The notes: generated by a model from the sequence alone, not told the origin. A stretch of DNA of 32,000 bases from Candidatus Pelagibacter sp. HTCC7211 (GCF_000155895.1 NZ_DS995298.1:330001-362000); one strand, 5' to 3'. Positions 1-12,982 are shown, numbered from the stretch's first letter. Numbers and translations are program-made.

Positions 1-885
1 GAAGTTGTAGATAGCTTTTTATCTGAATTGGCTGTTCTAGGGTTTGAGTATGGTTATAGTTTAGTTGAGCCTAACACACTTACTTTATGGGAAGCACAGT
101 TTGGAGATTTTGCAAATGGTGCTCAGGTTGTGATAGATCAATTTATTGCTTCAGGAGAAAGAAAATGGAGAAGAGCTTCTGGATTAGTAATGTTATTGCC
201 ACATGGATATGAAGGTCAAGGACCGGAGCATTCATCAGCTCGATTAGAAAGATTTTTACAATTGTGCTCAAACGATAATATGCAAGTGATGAATTGCACA
301 TCTCCCGCAAATTACTTTCATGCTCTTAGAAGACAAATGCATAGAGATTTTAGAAAACCTTTAATTATGATGACTCCAAAATCTTTACTTAGAAACAAAT
401 ATTGTGTTTCAAATTTAGAAGACTTAAGCAAATCAAATACTTTTCACAGAATACTTTGGGACCATGCAATAGATCCACAAACTCAAGGTTTTATAAAATT
501 AAAAGAAAGTTCTGAAATCAAAAAAGTAATTTTATGTTCAGGAAAAGTTTATTTTGATTTATTAGAAGCTAGAGAAAAATTAAAAAAAGATGATGTAATT
601 TTGTTTAGAATAGAGCAACTTTACCCATTTCCTGCAAAAACACTTGTTAAAGAGTTAAAACCATACGCAGAAAATGCTAAATTTTTTTGGTGCCAAGAAG
701 AGCCTAAAAATATGGGTGCATGGTTCTCAGTAAGGGATTATATCCAATGGACATTAGACACTATTAAGGCTAAAAATAACGAAATTTCTTATATAGGAAG
801 AAGCCCTGATGCAACTCCAGCGACTGGATATGCAAAGAGGCATAATTCTCAACAACAAGAAATAATTGATAAGGTATTTGAATAA
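1..885 (+). CDS. sucA: 2-oxoglutarate dehydrogenase E1 component, C-terminal part (5' end lies outside the window)
   Basis: Frame 1 is open from base 1 (EVVDSFLSELAVLGFEYGYS...), so the listed Met at 28 is internal. The WEAQFGDFANGAQVVIDQFI and LLPHGYEGQGPEHSS blocks are typical of the E1o C-terminal half. sucB follows directly. Confidence 0.95.
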   Translation, partial: EVVDSFLSELAVLGFEYGYSLVEPNTLTLWEAQFGDFANGAQVVIDQFIASGERKWRRASGLVMLLPHGYEGQGPEHSSARLERFLQLCSNDNMQVMNCTSPANYFHALRRQMHRDFRKPLIMMTPKSLLRNKYCVSNLEDLSKSNTFHRILWDHAIDPQTQGFIKLKESSEIKKVILCSGKVYFDLLEAREKLKKDDVILFRIEQLYPFPAKTLVKELKPYAENAKFFWCQEEPKNMGAWFSVRDYIQWTLDTIKAKNNEISYIGRSPDATPATGYAKRHNSQQQEIIDKVFE

Positions 886-891
886 TTATAA

Positions 892-2211
892 ATGAGTGAA
901 AAAATTGTAGTTCCTGCTCTTGGAGAAAGTATTACTGAGGCAACAGTAGCAAAATGGCTTAAAAATACTGGTGATACTGTTGAAGCAGATGAGCCGATAG
1001 TAGAGCTTGAAACAGATAAAGTTAATCTTGAAGTGCCATCTCCAGTTAAAGGAGTATTAACAGAAATAAATTCAAAAGATGGTTCAGTGGTGGAAGTTGG
1101 AGCATTGCTTGGCTTGGTGTCTGAAAATGGATCGGTGGGTTCGGTTAAAAAAGAGGAAATTAAAAAAATAGAACCCAATCAAAAAGAAGACAACGTAATA
1201 AAATTAGATCCATCTAAAAAAGAGCCAAAAATTTTTGAGGAAAAAAAGACAGAAAATACAGAGGATGAACCTTTAATCTTAACTGAAGAAATTACAGAGG
1301 AAGAAGTTCCAAAGCCTAAAATAGAAAAATCAGAACCTAAAACTAATACGGAAAGCCAAACACTTTCACCAGCAGTTAGAAAGATTGTTATAGAAAACAA
1401 AATAGATATTAATTCAGTTCAAGGCTCAGGAAAAGATGGAAGAGTTTTAAAGGGTGATCTTATAAGTTTAATGGGAGCTAATCCTCAGCCTGCAGAAAGA
1501 AAAGTTAAGTATGGTCAAGAAGAAAGAATTAAGATGACCAGACTAAGACAAACAATAGCTAAAAGATTAAAACAAGCTCAAGAAAATGCAGCCTTATTAA
1601 CAACTTTTAATGAAGTTGATATGACCAATATCATGGAAATGAGAAAAGAGAACCAACAAGATTTTCAAAGTCGATATGGAATAAAGTTAGGATTCATGTC
1701 ATTTTTTGTAAAAGCATGTGTTGTAGCATTAAAAAACTTCCCAGCAGTTAATGCTGAAATAGACGGTGATGAAATAATTTATAAAAATTATTACAACCTT
1801 AGTTTTGCGGTTGGAACAGAAAAGGGTTTAGTTGTACCAGTATTGAGAAATGCAGATGAGCTATCGTTTGCTGATATTGAAAAAAATATTAAAAATATTT
1901 CAGAAAAAGCAAGAGATGGTAAATTAACAATCGAAGATCTTCAAGGTGGAACATTTACTATTAGTAATGGTGGAGTTTACGGATCGATGTTATCAACTCC
2001 AATATTAAACCTTCCTCAATCAGGTGTACTTGGAATGCATAATATTGTCGACAGACCTATAGTTGTTGATGGTGAAATTAAAATTAGACCAATAATGTAT
2101 TTGGCTTTGTCATATGATCATAGAATAATTGATGGTAAAGAATCAGTTTCATTTTTAAAAATGGTAAAAGAAAATTTAGAGGACCCTAGAAGGTTATTTT
2201 TGGATATTTAA
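892..2211 (+). CDS. sucB: dihydrolipoyllysine-residue succinyltransferase (E2 of 2-oxoglutarate dehydrogenase)
   Basis: N-terminal lipoyl domain with the ETDKV lipoyl-lysine motif, then an E/K/P-rich linker and a peripheral subunit-binding segment (LSPAVRKIV). The C-terminal catalytic domain carries DHRIIDG. Lies between sucA and lpdA. Confidence 0.95.
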   Translation: MSEKIVVPALGESITEATVAKWLKNTGDTVEADEPIVELETDKVNLEVPSPVKGVLTEINSKDGSVVEVGALLGLVSENGSVGSVKKEEIKKIEPNQKEDNVIKLDPSKKEPKIFEEKKTENTEDEPLILTEEITEEEVPKPKIEKSEPKTNTESQTLSPAVRKIVIENKIDINSVQGSGKDGRVLKGDLISLMGANPQPAERKVKYGQEERIKMTRLRQTIAKRLKQAQENAALLTTFNEVDMTNIMEMRKENQQDFQSRYGIKLGFMSFFVKACVVALKNFPAVNAEIDGDEIIYKNYYNLSFAVGTEKGLVVPVLRNADELSFADIEKNIKNISEKARDGKLTIEDLQGGTFTISNGGVYGSMLSTPILNLPQSGVLGMHNIVDRPIVVDGEIKIRPIMYLALSYDHRIIDGKESVSFLKMVKENLEDPRRLFLDI

Positions 2212-3612
2212 ATGTCGGAAAAATTTCAAGCAGTTGTAATTGGTGGGGGGCCTGGCGGATATGTTTGTGCTATTAGACTTGCTCAGCTTGGATTAAAAAC
2301 AGCATGCATTGAGTCTAGAGGATCTCTTGGAGGAACATGTTTAAATGTAGGATGTATACCTTCAAAAAGTTTACTAAACTTGTCTGAAGAATTTCATAAA
2401 GTTCAAAATTTATCTAATAAAGGAATTGAAGTTGGAGAAGTTAGGCTAAATCTTGAAAAAATGATGAAAAGTAAAGATAAAGCGGTAACTATACTTACTA
2501 AGGGAGTCGAGTTTTTGCTTAAGAAAAACAAGGTAACTTATTACAAAGGAACTGGAAGCTTCAAATCTCAAAATGAGATCATAATTAAAGATGATCAAAA
2601 TAAAGAGACTATTATTGAAGCTGAAAAAACTGTGATAGCAACAGGTTCTGTACCAGTATCTTTGCCTGGTATAGAAATTGATGAGAAAGTAATTGTATCT
2701 TCAACAGGTGCATTGAAATTGGACAAAGTTCCAAAAAAGATGGTTGTAGTAGGGGGTGGCTACATTGGATTAGAAATGGGATCAGTTTGGTCAAGATTGG
2801 GATCTGAAGTGCAGGTGGTAGAATTTTTAGATCATATTACTCCTGGCATGGACAAAGAAATTTCATTGGAATTTATGAAGATTTTAAAGAAACAAGGTAT
2901 CAAATTTAATATGCAAAATAAAGTTGAAGCTATTAAAAATAATAAATCAGGCGCTGTTGTCTCAACAGTTGACAAAGATGGAAATAAAAATAATTTTGAT
3001 TGTGATGTTGTTCTTATTTCAGTTGGTCGAAAAGCAAATACGAATGGTTTAAACCTAGAAGCTGCTGGAGTTAAACTGGATGAAAGAAAAAGAATTAAAA
3101 CAGATAATACATTTAAAACTAATATTAATAATATTTATGCAATTGGCGATGTGATAAGCGGTCCAATGCTTGCTCATAAAGCAGAAGATGAAGGAATTGC
3201 TGTTGCAGAAAATATTGCAGGCCAATCAGGCCATGTTAATTATGATACAATTCCTGGAGTTGTTTATACAACACCTGAAGTTGCATCAATTGGTAAGACA
3301 GAGGAACAATTAAAAGAATTAAATATAAAGTATAAAATTGGTAAGTTTTCATTCATGGCAAACTCTAGAGCAAAAGCTATAGATGATGCAGAAGGGTTTG
3401 TTAAAATTTTAGCAGACGAAACTACAGATAAAGTTTTAGGTGCACACATTATTGGCCCTCATGCAGGAGAACTAATTGCTGAAATAGGTGTTGCAATGGA
3501 GTTTGGTGCTAGCTCTGAAGATATTGCAAGAACTTGTCATGCTCACCCAACATTTTCAGAAGCTGTTAAAGAAGCAGCATTATCAGTAGATAAAAGAGCG
3601 ATACACTCTTAG
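2212..3612 (+). CDS. lpdA: dihydrolipoyl dehydrogenase (E3)
   Basis: FAD-binding motif GGGPGGY, redox-active disulfide GGTCLNVGCIPSK and C-terminal HAHPTFSE motif. The ATG abuts the sucB stop. Confidence 0.95.
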   Translation: MSEKFQAVVIGGGPGGYVCAIRLAQLGLKTACIESRGSLGGTCLNVGCIPSKSLLNLSEEFHKVQNLSNKGIEVGEVRLNLEKMMKSKDKAVTILTKGVEFLLKKNKVTYYKGTGSFKSQNEIIIKDDQNKETIIEAEKTVIATGSVPVSLPGIEIDEKVIVSSTGALKLDKVPKKMVVVGGGYIGLEMGSVWSRLGSEVQVVEFLDHITPGMDKEISLEFMKILKKQGIKFNMQNKVEAIKNNKSGAVVSTVDKDGNKNNFDCDVVLISVGRKANTNGLNLEAAGVKLDERKRIKTDNTFKTNINNIYAIGDVISGPMLAHKAEDEGIAVAENIAGQSGHVNYDTIPGVVYTTPEVASIGKTEEQLKELNIKYKIGKFSFMANSRAKAIDDAEGFVKILADETTDKVLGAHIIGPHAGELIAEIGVAMEFGASSEDIARTCHAHPTFSEAVKEAALSVDKRAIHS

Positions 3613-3634
3613 TTTTTTTTCATATTATTAAAAT

Positions 3635-5590
3635 ATGAAAGTACCGATTCTTTTACCAAATATATTTAACCATCCTTTTACCTATGAAAGTAATCTTGAT
3701 TTAAAAATAGGTGATTATGTGGTTGTCCCTTTTGGTAAATCTAAAATTACAGGTGTTGTTTGGGATGAATTTGAAAAAAAAAATAATAGACATTTCAAAA
3801 TCAAAAGTGTTTTAAAAAAATTAGATGTAGTTCCATTAAAAAAAACAACTATTAAATTTCTTAACTGGTTTTCTGAATACAATATAATTCCAAAAGGAAT
3901 GGCGCTAAAGTTAGTTTTGTTAAGTAGTAATGCTATAGAGAAAATTCAAAAAGATGCATACAAAATTTTTGAGTCTAATATTAAAACAAATGCAATTGAG
4001 CTTTCTGAGGAACAAAAAAAATCTCTTAGAAAAATGAATGTTTCCAATCAAAAATTTAGAGTTCATGTTCTTCAAGGAACAACTGGTTCAGGGAAAACAA
4101 TGGTTTATTTTGAGGCCCTAAAAGCCATTATAAATAAAGGATTTCAGGGATTAATTTTATTACCTGAGATTGGCTTAACAGGTCAATTTGAAAAAAAATT
4201 CAAAGAATTCTTTGGTTTCACTCCAGCAGTTTGGCACTCAGGTATTACTAAGAAAAAGAAAGAAATTATTTGGAGTGGAATTACAAATGGAGAAATTAAA
4301 GTTGTCATAGGTGCTAGATCATCATTATTTTTACCATTTAAAAAATTAGGATTAATCATTGTTGATGAGGAACATGATCAATCTTACAAACAAGATGAAG
4401 GTGTTACCTATAATGCAAGAGATATGGCAATCTCAAGAGCATCATTTGAAAATATCCCTATCAATTTAATAACAGCAGTTCCGTCAATTGAAACTTATGA
4501 AAATATTAAAAAGGGTAAATTTACTATCTCAAAATTAGAAAAGCGATATAAAAATGCATCACTACCTAATTATGAAATTATAAATCTCAATGAAACAAAA
4601 TTAGAAAAACAATCATGGTTATCAAAAAAAATTATTGAAAAAGTAAATTTTCATCTTGATAAAAACGATCAAGTATTATTTTTTTTGAATAGACGAGGAT
4701 TTTCTCCACACGTACTTTGTAACAAATGCTTCAATAGTTACTCATGTCCCAATTGTTCAATTAATTTAGTTTATCATAAAAAAAAGAATAATTTGTTGTG
4801 CCATTATTGTGGTTTTAAATCATCTTTAAAAAGAACTTGCGTAAAAGAGGGTGATTGTGAATTTATTTTTAGCGGTCCTGGTGTTGAAAGAATATCTGAA
4901 GAAGTTAAAAAAAATTTTCCATCAAAAAAAATTGAAATTTTTTCTAGTGATACAATGAATAAAAAAAGTTCTAGTGATAAATTAGAAAAAATAATTGATA
5001 ATGAAGTTCAAATTTTAGTTGGAACTCAGTTAATTTCAAAAGGTTTTCATTTTCCTAGCCTTAATTGTATTGTTGTAGTTGATATTGATCTTTCTTCACA
5101 AGGACATGATCTAAGAGGAGCTGAAAAAAATTTACAGTTATACCATCAACTTTCTGGTCGAGCAGGAAGAACAGGAAAACCTGCAACTGTGTATTTTCAA
5201 ACTTATAATACAAATACTAAAATGATCTCTGATTTGACCAATAGTAATCCTGATATTTTTCTTGATAGAGAATTAGATATTAGAAGACAAAACAATCTTC
5301 CTCCATTTCAAAGATTTATTTCATTAATCTTAACAGGAGACAATGAAGCAAGATTAGAAAAAGAAGCTTTTTATTTTAAAAACTTTATTGAAAAAAAAAT
5401 TAAGGGAAGAGTTTTAGGACCAGTTAGTGCACCAATTTTTAGACTTAAAAAAAAATTTAGAATAAGAATGCTAATTAGGGGTTCAAAATCCCTTAATTTA
5501 CAGAACTCAATCGCTAAAATTATCGCAAATTACAAATTTTCATCAGGAATAAAACTTTCAGTTGATGTCGACCCAATAAACTTCAATTAA
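3635..5590 (+). CDS. priA: primosomal protein N' (replication restart helicase PriA)
   Basis: Walker A GTTGSGKT, DEEH box (VDEEHD), Cys-rich zinc motif CNKCFNSYSCPNCSINLVYH...CHYCG and helicase C-terminal motif QLSGRAGR. Confidence 0.9.
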   Translation: MKVPILLPNIFNHPFTYESNLDLKIGDYVVVPFGKSKITGVVWDEFEKKNNRHFKIKSVLKKLDVVPLKKTTIKFLNWFSEYNIIPKGMALKLVLLSSNAIEKIQKDAYKIFESNIKTNAIELSEEQKKSLRKMNVSNQKFRVHVLQGTTGSGKTMVYFEALKAIINKGFQGLILLPEIGLTGQFEKKFKEFFGFTPAVWHSGITKKKKEIIWSGITNGEIKVVIGARSSLFLPFKKLGLIIVDEEHDQSYKQDEGVTYNARDMAISRASFENIPINLITAVPSIETYENIKKGKFTISKLEKRYKNASLPNYEIINLNETKLEKQSWLSKKIIEKVNFHLDKNDQVLFFLNRRGFSPHVLCNKCFNSYSCPNCSINLVYHKKKNNLLCHYCGFKSSLKRTCVKEGDCEFIFSGPGVERISEEVKKNFPSKKIEIFSSDTMNKKSSSDKLEKIIDNEVQILVGTQLISKGFHFPSLNCIVVVDIDLSSQGHDLRGAEKNLQLYHQLSGRAGRTGKPATVYFQTYNTNTKMISDLTNSNPDIFLDRELDIRRQNNLPPFQRFISLILTGDNEARLEKEAFYFKNFIEKKIKGRVLGPVSAPIFRLKKKFRIRMLIRGSKSLNLQNSIAKIIANYKFSSGIKLSVDVDPINFN

Positions 5591-5699
5591 CCTTATAAAA
5601 AATAGTGTTTTAAACAAATGTGTTACTTGAAGACATTATACTCATATGCTAATTAGAGCGTGATTTTAAAATAATCTTCTACATAACAAAGGTAATAAG

Positions 5700-6257
5700 T
5701 TGAGCAAAAATAAAGGATTTTCGATAACTTCAAGCGAAAGATATTCTTTAGCTTTATACGAGCTTTCAAGTGAAAATAATGTGCTTGAAAAAGTAGAAGA
5801 ACAATCATTATCTATTTTGGATTTAATTTCAGCAAGTAAAGATTTCTCAGATTTAATTAAAGATCCAACAAATAACCAAGAAGATCTTTTAAAATTCATA
5901 AATAATTTTTCTGACAATAATAAATTTGAAAACTTACTAAAAAATTTTTTAAGTTTTCTAGTTATTAAAAGACGTTTTTTTTATGTGGAACAAATATTAA
6001 AGAGTTTTTTAGAAACATGTTCTAAAAAAAGAGGTGAACTTAAAGCAGAATTAAAATCTGCAAAAGAATTAACTAGTGAAGAAATTACAAAAATTACAGA
6101 TGAGCTTACAGAAAATTTTAGCTCTAAAATAAAATTAAACTACAAACATGACGAAAGTTTAATAGGAGGTTTAATAGTACAGGTAGGTAGTACTATGGTG
6201 GACACCTCAATTAAAAATAAATTACAACAAATCGAAAATAGAATGATAGAGGCATAA
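5700..6257 (+). CDS. atpH: F1 ATP synthase subunit delta (OSCP)
   Basis: Right size (185 aa) and first position in atpHAGDC. N-terminal RYSLALYEL and C-terminal GGLIVQVGSTMVDTSIKNKL are typical of delta subunits. The start codon is TTG (5700-5702), and I found no in-frame ATG just upstream. Confidence 0.85.
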   Translation: MSKNKGFSITSSERYSLALYELSSENNVLEKVEEQSLSILDLISASKDFSDLIKDPTNNQEDLLKFINNFSDNNKFENLLKNFLSFLVIKRRFFYVEQILKSFLETCSKKRGELKAELKSAKELTSEEITKITDELTENFSSKIKLNYKHDESLIGGLIVQVGSTMVDTSIKNKLQQIENRMIEA

Positions 6258-7793
6258 ATGGAAATAAATCCTTCAGAAGTTACAAAAATATTAAAAGAAC
6301 AAATCAAAAATTTTGGTGATAAAGCAGAAGTGACCGAAGTTGGCCAAGTACTTTCTGTTGGAGATGGTATTGCAAGAATTTATGGTCTTGACAATGTTCA
6401 AGCGGGTGAGATGGTTGAGTTTGTAGATGGTTCTAAGGGTATGGCATTAAACTTGGAAAGCGAAAATGTTGGGGTTGTAATTTTTGGTGACGATAGAAAT
6501 ATTAAAGAAGGAGATGTTGTTAAGAGAACTGGAAATATTGTAGACACTCCAGTTGGAAAAGAATTATTAGGAAGGGTTGTGGATGGTCTAGGTAATCCTA
6601 TTGATGGTAAAGGAGCACTTGATAAAAGTGTTCAAAAAAGTAGAGTTGAAGTTAAAGCTCCAGGAATTATTCCAAGACAATCAGTAAGTGAACCAATGCA
6701 AACGGGTTTAAAATCAATCGACAGCTTAGTTCCAGTTGGAAGAGGGCAACGTGAATTAATTATTGGTGATAGACAAACAGGTAAAACTGCAGTTGCAATT
6801 GATGCAATCATTAATCAGAAAAAAATTAATGAGTCAGGAGATGAAAAACAAAAACTTTATTGTGTTTATGTTGCTATTGGTCAGAAAAGATCAACTGTAA
6901 GACAAATTCAAAAAACTTTAGAGGAAGCTGGAGCAATGGAATATACAACAATTGTTGCTGCTACAGCCTCAGATTCCGCGCCATTACAATTTTTAGCTCC
7001 TTACACAGGTTGCGCAATGGGTGAATATTTTAGAGACAACGGTATGCATGCTTTAATAATTTATGATGATTTATCTAAGCAGGCAGTTGCTTACAGACAA
7101 ATGTCCCTTCTTTTAAGAAGACCTCCAGGACGTGAGGCTTATCCTGGTGATGTATTTTATCTGCATAGCCGACTACTGGAAAGAGCGGCTAAATTAAGTG
7201 ATGAGCACGGCGGAGGTTCTTTAACTGCACTTCCGATTATTGAAACACAAGGTGGAGATGTATCTGCATTTATTCCTACTAATGTAATTTCAATTACTGA
7301 TGGTCAAATTTTCTTAGAAACAGAACTTTTTAACCAAGGTATTAGACCTGCAATTAACGTTGGATTATCTGTATCAAGAGTAGGTTCTTCAGCGCAAACT
7401 AAAGCCATGAAAAAAGTATCAGGATCTATGAAGTTAGAGCTAGCTCAATATAGAGAAATGGCAGCATTTGCTCAATTTGGTTCTGATTTAGATGCATCAA
7501 CTCAACAACTATTAAATAGAGGTTCTAAATTAACAGAGCTTCTTAAACAAAAACAATACTCTCCAATGACAGTAGCTGAACAAGTTATTTCAGTTTTTTG
7601 TGGAGTAAAAGGTTACTTAGACGATATTGAACTTAAAGATATTGCTGAGTTTGAAAATAAAATAATTGAGAAATGTAAGTCTGATAAACCTGAAATTATA
7701 GATTCTATTTTAGCTTCAGGAAAACTTGAGGACGATATGGAAAATTTACTTGTAGAAGTAATTACTCAATTAAAGGAAAATTTTAAATCTTAA
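6258..7793 (+). CDS. atpA: F1 ATP synthase subunit alpha
   Basis: Walker A GDRQTGKT and highly conserved alpha-subunit blocks ([28 protein letters not shown]). Confidence 0.98.
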   Translation: MEINPSEVTKILKEQIKNFGDKAEVTEVGQVLSVGDGIARIYGLDNVQAGEMVEFVDGSKGMALNLESENVGVVIFGDDRNIKEGDVVKRTGNIVDTPVGKELLGRVVDGLGNPIDGKGALDKSVQKSRVEVKAPGIIPRQSVSEPMQTGLKSIDSLVPVGRGQRELIIGDRQTGKTAVAIDAIINQKKINESGDEKQKLYCVYVAIGQKRSTVRQIQKTLEEAGAMEYTTIVAATASDSAPLQFLAPYTGCAMGEYFRDNGMHALIIYDDLSKQAVAYRQMSLLLRRPPGREAYPGDVFYLHSRLLERAAKLSDEHGGGSLTALPIIETQGGDVSAFIPTNVISITDGQIFLETELFNQGIRPAINVGLSVSRVGSSAQTKAMKKVSGSMKLELAQYREMAAFAQFGSDLDASTQQLLNRGSKLTELLKQKQYSPMTVAEQVISVFCGVKGYLDDIELKDIAEFENKIIEKCKSDKPEIIDSILASGKLEDDMENLLVEVITQLKENFKS

Positions 7794-7799
7794 TAAACT

Positions 7800-10095
<2,296 letters not shown>

Positions 10096-10096
<1 letters not shown>

Positions 10097-10488
10097 TGAG
10101 CGAAGAGTTTAAAGTTGAGATAGTAAATCCGGAAAAATCTTTTTTAGTTAAAGAAGATGTGATGGAAGTAGTTGTACCTGCTTTTGAAGGTGAAATGGGA
10201 ATACTTAAGGATCATATTTCAATAATCTCATTTTTAAAACCAGGCATAATTAAAATTTTATCTAAATCGGGTGATGAAAATTATTATGTAGAAGATGGGA
10301 TAGTTGAATTCAAAAATAATAATTTATCTATTTTAACAAGCTCAATATTTAATCTTAATGATTTAGATAAATCTAAACAGCAAGATCTTCTTAAACAAGC
10401 AGAAGAAGAGGCTAGCAAGTCTGAAATTAATGACCAATCTAAATATTTAGTTGATCAAAAAATTGAAGTATTAAAATCTCTTAATTAA
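10096..10488 (+). CDS. atpC: F1 ATP synthase subunit epsilon
   Basis: 130 aa, last gene of the F1 operon. The start overlaps the atpD stop (TAATG). N-terminal beta-sandwich-type sequence (VEIVNPEK...VVVPAFEGEMGILKDH). Confidence 0.9.
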
Positions 10489-10957
10489 TAATTTTTTTAA
10501 CTTGTTCCTTTACTTCTTTGTAAACGTGTAATTTAAAATCAACTACAACTTCGGTTAGCTGATCAATCTCAATCCATTTCCAATCCAAAAATTCTGGATT
10601 TTTAGTTTTGATATTTATTTCATTATCTTCACCATTAAATCTCATCAGAAACCATTTTTGTTTTTGACCTCTATACTTACCTTTCCAAATAATACCTAAT
10701 AAACGATCAGGAAGTTCGTAAGTTATAGTTCCTTCTAATTCTTGAATTAGATTTACTTTCTTTATACTAGTTTCTTCCTCTAGCTCTCTGTAAGCAGCAT
10801 TTAAAAAATTTTCACCTTCATCTACACCTCCTTGAGGCATTTGCCAAAAATTTTTTGGATTATCTATTCTCTTAGCAACAAATACTTTATTTTGTTTATT
10901 TAGAACTACAATTCCTACACCACTTCTAAGCGGTAATTCGCTTAATTTTTTTTTCAT
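10481..10957 (-). CDS. rppH: Nudix hydrolase, RNA pyrophosphohydrolase type (RppH/NudH; IalA/InvA family)
   Basis: Nudix box GGVDEGENFLNAAYRELEEETSI and the WQMPQGG block, as in RppH. About 158 aa. Directly downstream of ctpA, as in other alphaproteobacteria. Confidence 0.85.
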   Translation of the reverse strand: MKKKLSELPLRSGVGIVVLNKQNKVFVAKRIDNPKNFWQMPQGGVDEGENFLNAAYRELEEETSIKKVNLIQELEGTITYELPDRLLGIIWKGKYRGQKQKWFLMRFNGEDNEINIKTKNPEFLDWKWIEIDQLTEVVVDFKLHVYKEVKEQVKKIIN

Positions 10958-10958
10958 A

Positions 10959-12098
10959 TTATCCGTTTAATAACTTTATTGCGTAATTAAGTTGATTATC
11001 GGTTTCAGTTTTAATTCTAAAATTATCACCTTCTTCATTAACCTCAATATCAGGTCTTACTCCAACTTCAGAAATAGAGTCTCCAGAAGGAAGGTAATAT
11101 TTTGCAACAGTCAATCTAATAGCCCCCTTGTTTTTAAGAGGAATTATCGATTGCACAGATCCTTTTCCATAGCTACTTTCTCCAAGTATAATAGCTCTTT
11201 TATGGTCTTTCAGAGCTCCAGCAACAATTTCAGATGCAGATGCAGAACCATAATTAATCAATACCAATAAAGTTTTGCCATCTGTAATGTCACCTTTTTT
11301 TGCAAACCATCTTTTGTTCTCTGATTTTTTTCTACTTTTTGTTGATACAATTTCTCCATTTTCAAGAAAAAAATCTGAAATTTTAATAGCTTGAGATAAA
11401 AGTCCACCGGGATTATTTCTTAAATCAAGAATGAATGCTTTTAGGTTTTCATTTTTTTTTAATTTTTTAATTTGTTTCTTAATTTGCTGACTACTATTGT
11501 CATTAAAAGAAGTTAATCTAATATATCCGATATTATTGTCTAATAGATCAGACTTAACAGACTGCACTTCAATTATTTCTCTTGTTATATTAAATGTTAG
11601 GGCTTTTTTAACTCCTCTTCGTCTAACAGTAAGTTCAATTGCAGAACCCACTGGACCTCTCATTAAATCAACAGCTTCACTTAAAGATTTTCCTTGAACC
11701 TGAATGTTGTTAATTTTAACAATATAGTCTCCAGCTTTTATACCAGCTTTTGATGCAGGAGTATCATCTATAGGCGATATAACTTTTACAACACCTGCCT
11801 CCATACTAACTTCAATTCCCAGCCCACCAAACTCTCCACTAGTTTCTGTTTGCATTTCCTGAAAAATTTCTGGTGACATGTAAGCTGAATAAGGATCAAG
11901 TGACTGAAGAAGTCCATTAATTGCAGAGTCCATACTTTCTGACTGATTTATTTCATCAACATATTCTTTGTTTATTTTTTCTAAAACCTCGCCAAATAAA
12001 TCTATTTTTTTATAAATATCAATTTCAGCTGAATTTATTTGTTTTAAAAAAAGAAACTGAGTAAGAAAAATAATTAAATAAAATTGAATAGTTTTCAT
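10959..12098 (-). CDS. ctpA: carboxy-terminal processing peptidase (S41 family), secreted
   Basis: Hydrophobic N-terminal signal-like segment (MKTIQFYLIIFLTQFLFLKQINSA), PDZ region (GIKAGDYIVKIN), S41 catalytic region (NYGSASASEIVAGALKD) and the DLRNNPGG block. Confidence 0.9.
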   Translation of the reverse strand: MKTIQFYLIIFLTQFLFLKQINSAEIDIYKKIDLFGEVLEKINKEYVDEINQSESMDSAINGLLQSLDPYSAYMSPEIFQEMQTETSGEFGGLGIEVSMEAGVVKVISPIDDTPASKAGIKAGDYIVKINNIQVQGKSLSEAVDLMRGPVGSAIELTVRRRGVKKALTFNITREIIEVQSVKSDLLDNNIGYIRLTSFNDNSSQQIKKQIKKLKKNENLKAFILDLRNNPGGLLSQAIKISDFFLENGEIVSTKSRKKSENKRWFAKKGDITDGKTLLVLINYGSASASEIVAGALKDHKRAIILGESSYGKGSVQSIIPLKNKGAIRLTVAKYYLPSGDSISEVGVRPDIEVNEEGDNFRIKTETDNQLNYAIKLLNG

Positions 12099-12445
12099 AT
12101 ACTAACTTTTTCTTTTGGTATTAGTTCAGACCAAATTTTTTCAAGCTCATAAAACTTTCTTTTTTCAGGATGAAAAATGTGAACAATTAAGTCAATTCCA
12201 TCAACTAATTTCCATTCATTACTTTCTTTACCTTCTATTTTAGAATTCTTAACACCACTATCTTTTAATTTTTCTAAAACTTGTTCTGACAAAGATTGAA
12301 TGTGTCTTGAAGATGTTCCGCTAGCAATAATCATATAATCAGCCATTGAGCTTTTATCTTTAAGATCAATCGTCACAATATCTTCAGCTTTATTTATATC
12401 TAGTGTATTGATTACGATTGTTTTTAAATCTGAAATTTTATCCAT
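12095..12445 (-). CDS. rsfS: ribosomal silencing factor RsfS (iojap family)
   Basis: 116 aa with DYMIIASGTSSRHIQSL and W.L.D.....VHIF blocks typical of RsfS. Follows nadD as in many bacteria. ATGA overlap with ctpA. Confidence 0.9.
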   Translation of the reverse strand: MDKISDLKTIVINTLDINKAEDIVTIDLKDKSSMADYMIIASGTSSRHIQSLSEQVLEKLKDSGVKNSKIEGKESNEWKLVDGIDLIVHIFHPEKRKFYELEKIWSELIPKEKVSI

Positions 12446-12462
12446 TAATTGAGTTCAGACTA

Positions 12463-12981
12463 TCAAATTTTTCTTAATTGAGAAGATGAAATGTTGACTT
12501 TTTTAAATTCAACAAATGTAAGGCTGTCTTTGTTTAAACTTTTAAATGTCTTTGATTTTAAAGAATTTTTTTTATATCCATGACGATCAAAAACTATAAT
12601 ATTACAATTTTGTAAAATTGATTTTGATTTATGCCATTTATGAAAATTTATCAAATTATCAGCTCCCATCAAAAAATAAATTTCAATACCGTCATTTTTT
12701 TTAAGATAGTTGATAAGATCAATAGTTTTATTTGATTTAATTATATCTTCATAAAATTTAACTTTAATAAATGGATTTAGTCTAATAATTTTTTTACAAT
12801 CTTTTATTCGTTTTGAGAGATTTGTTTTACTTTCGTCTTTGAAAGGGTTCTTTTTAGTTATCGCCCAAATAATCTTTTCTAAATCAAATCTTCTTTTTGC
12901 TTCTTTAGAGATTGCTAAATGCCCCTTATGTGCTGGATCAAAAGATCCACCTAAAATTCCAATTTTAACTTTTTTTTTCAA
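12463..12981 (-). CDS. nadD: nicotinate-nucleotide adenylyltransferase
   Basis: GGSFDPAHKGH (HxGH nucleotidyltransferase motif) and C-terminal ISSSQLR. The start is TTG (codon 12979-12981), 1 nt after the proA TAG. No ATG lies upstream of the GGSFDP motif. Confidence 0.88.
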   Translation of the reverse strand: MKKKVKIGILGGSFDPAHKGHLAISKEAKRRFDLEKIIWAITKKNPFKDESKTNLSKRIKDCKKIIRLNPFIKVKFYEDIIKSNKTIDLINYLKKNDGIEIYFLMGADNLINFHKWHKSKSILQNCNIIVFDRHGYKKNSLKSKTFKSLNKDSLTFVEFKKVNISSSQLRKI

Positions 12982-12982
12982 C

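Noticed and set aside
1130-1375. Long E/K/P/T-rich low-complexity segment inside sucB, considered as an insertion or novel domain
   Set aside because: It sits exactly where E2 enzymes carry their flexible inter-domain linker, between the lipoyl domain and the subunit-binding domain. Ordinary architecture.
849-1400. Two antisense ORFs (849-1178 and 1179-1400, minus strand) opposite sucB
   Set aside because: They lie opposite the lipoyl domain and E/K-rich linker of a clearly real sucB. Their S/F/T-rich low-complexity translations are what antisense GAA/AAA-rich coding DNA produces. No start context and no recognisable motifs.
2612-3449. Antisense ORFs 2612-2794 and 3264-3449 (minus) inside lpdA
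   Set aside because: Fully embedded opposite a highly conserved gene, short, and without recognisable motifs. Expected by chance where the sense frame suppresses antisense stops.
3774-3783. A10 homopolymer inside priA (and several A8-A9 runs at about 5393 and 5447), considered as slippage or phase-variation sites
   Set aside because: The reading frame is intact through all of them. They encode Lys/Asn runs typical of this AT-rich proteome. No alternative-frame product is apparent.
5591-5699. atp operon promoter candidates (TTACTT-N16-TATGCT, or TTGAAG-N17-TAATTA) and a 12-codon mini-ORF (5618-5656) in the priA/atpH spacer
   Set aside because: Two overlapping, equally mediocre -35/-10 combinations cannot be told apart in AT-rich DNA. 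The mini-ORF has no SD and no recognisable feature. A promoter probably exists here, but I cannot place it.
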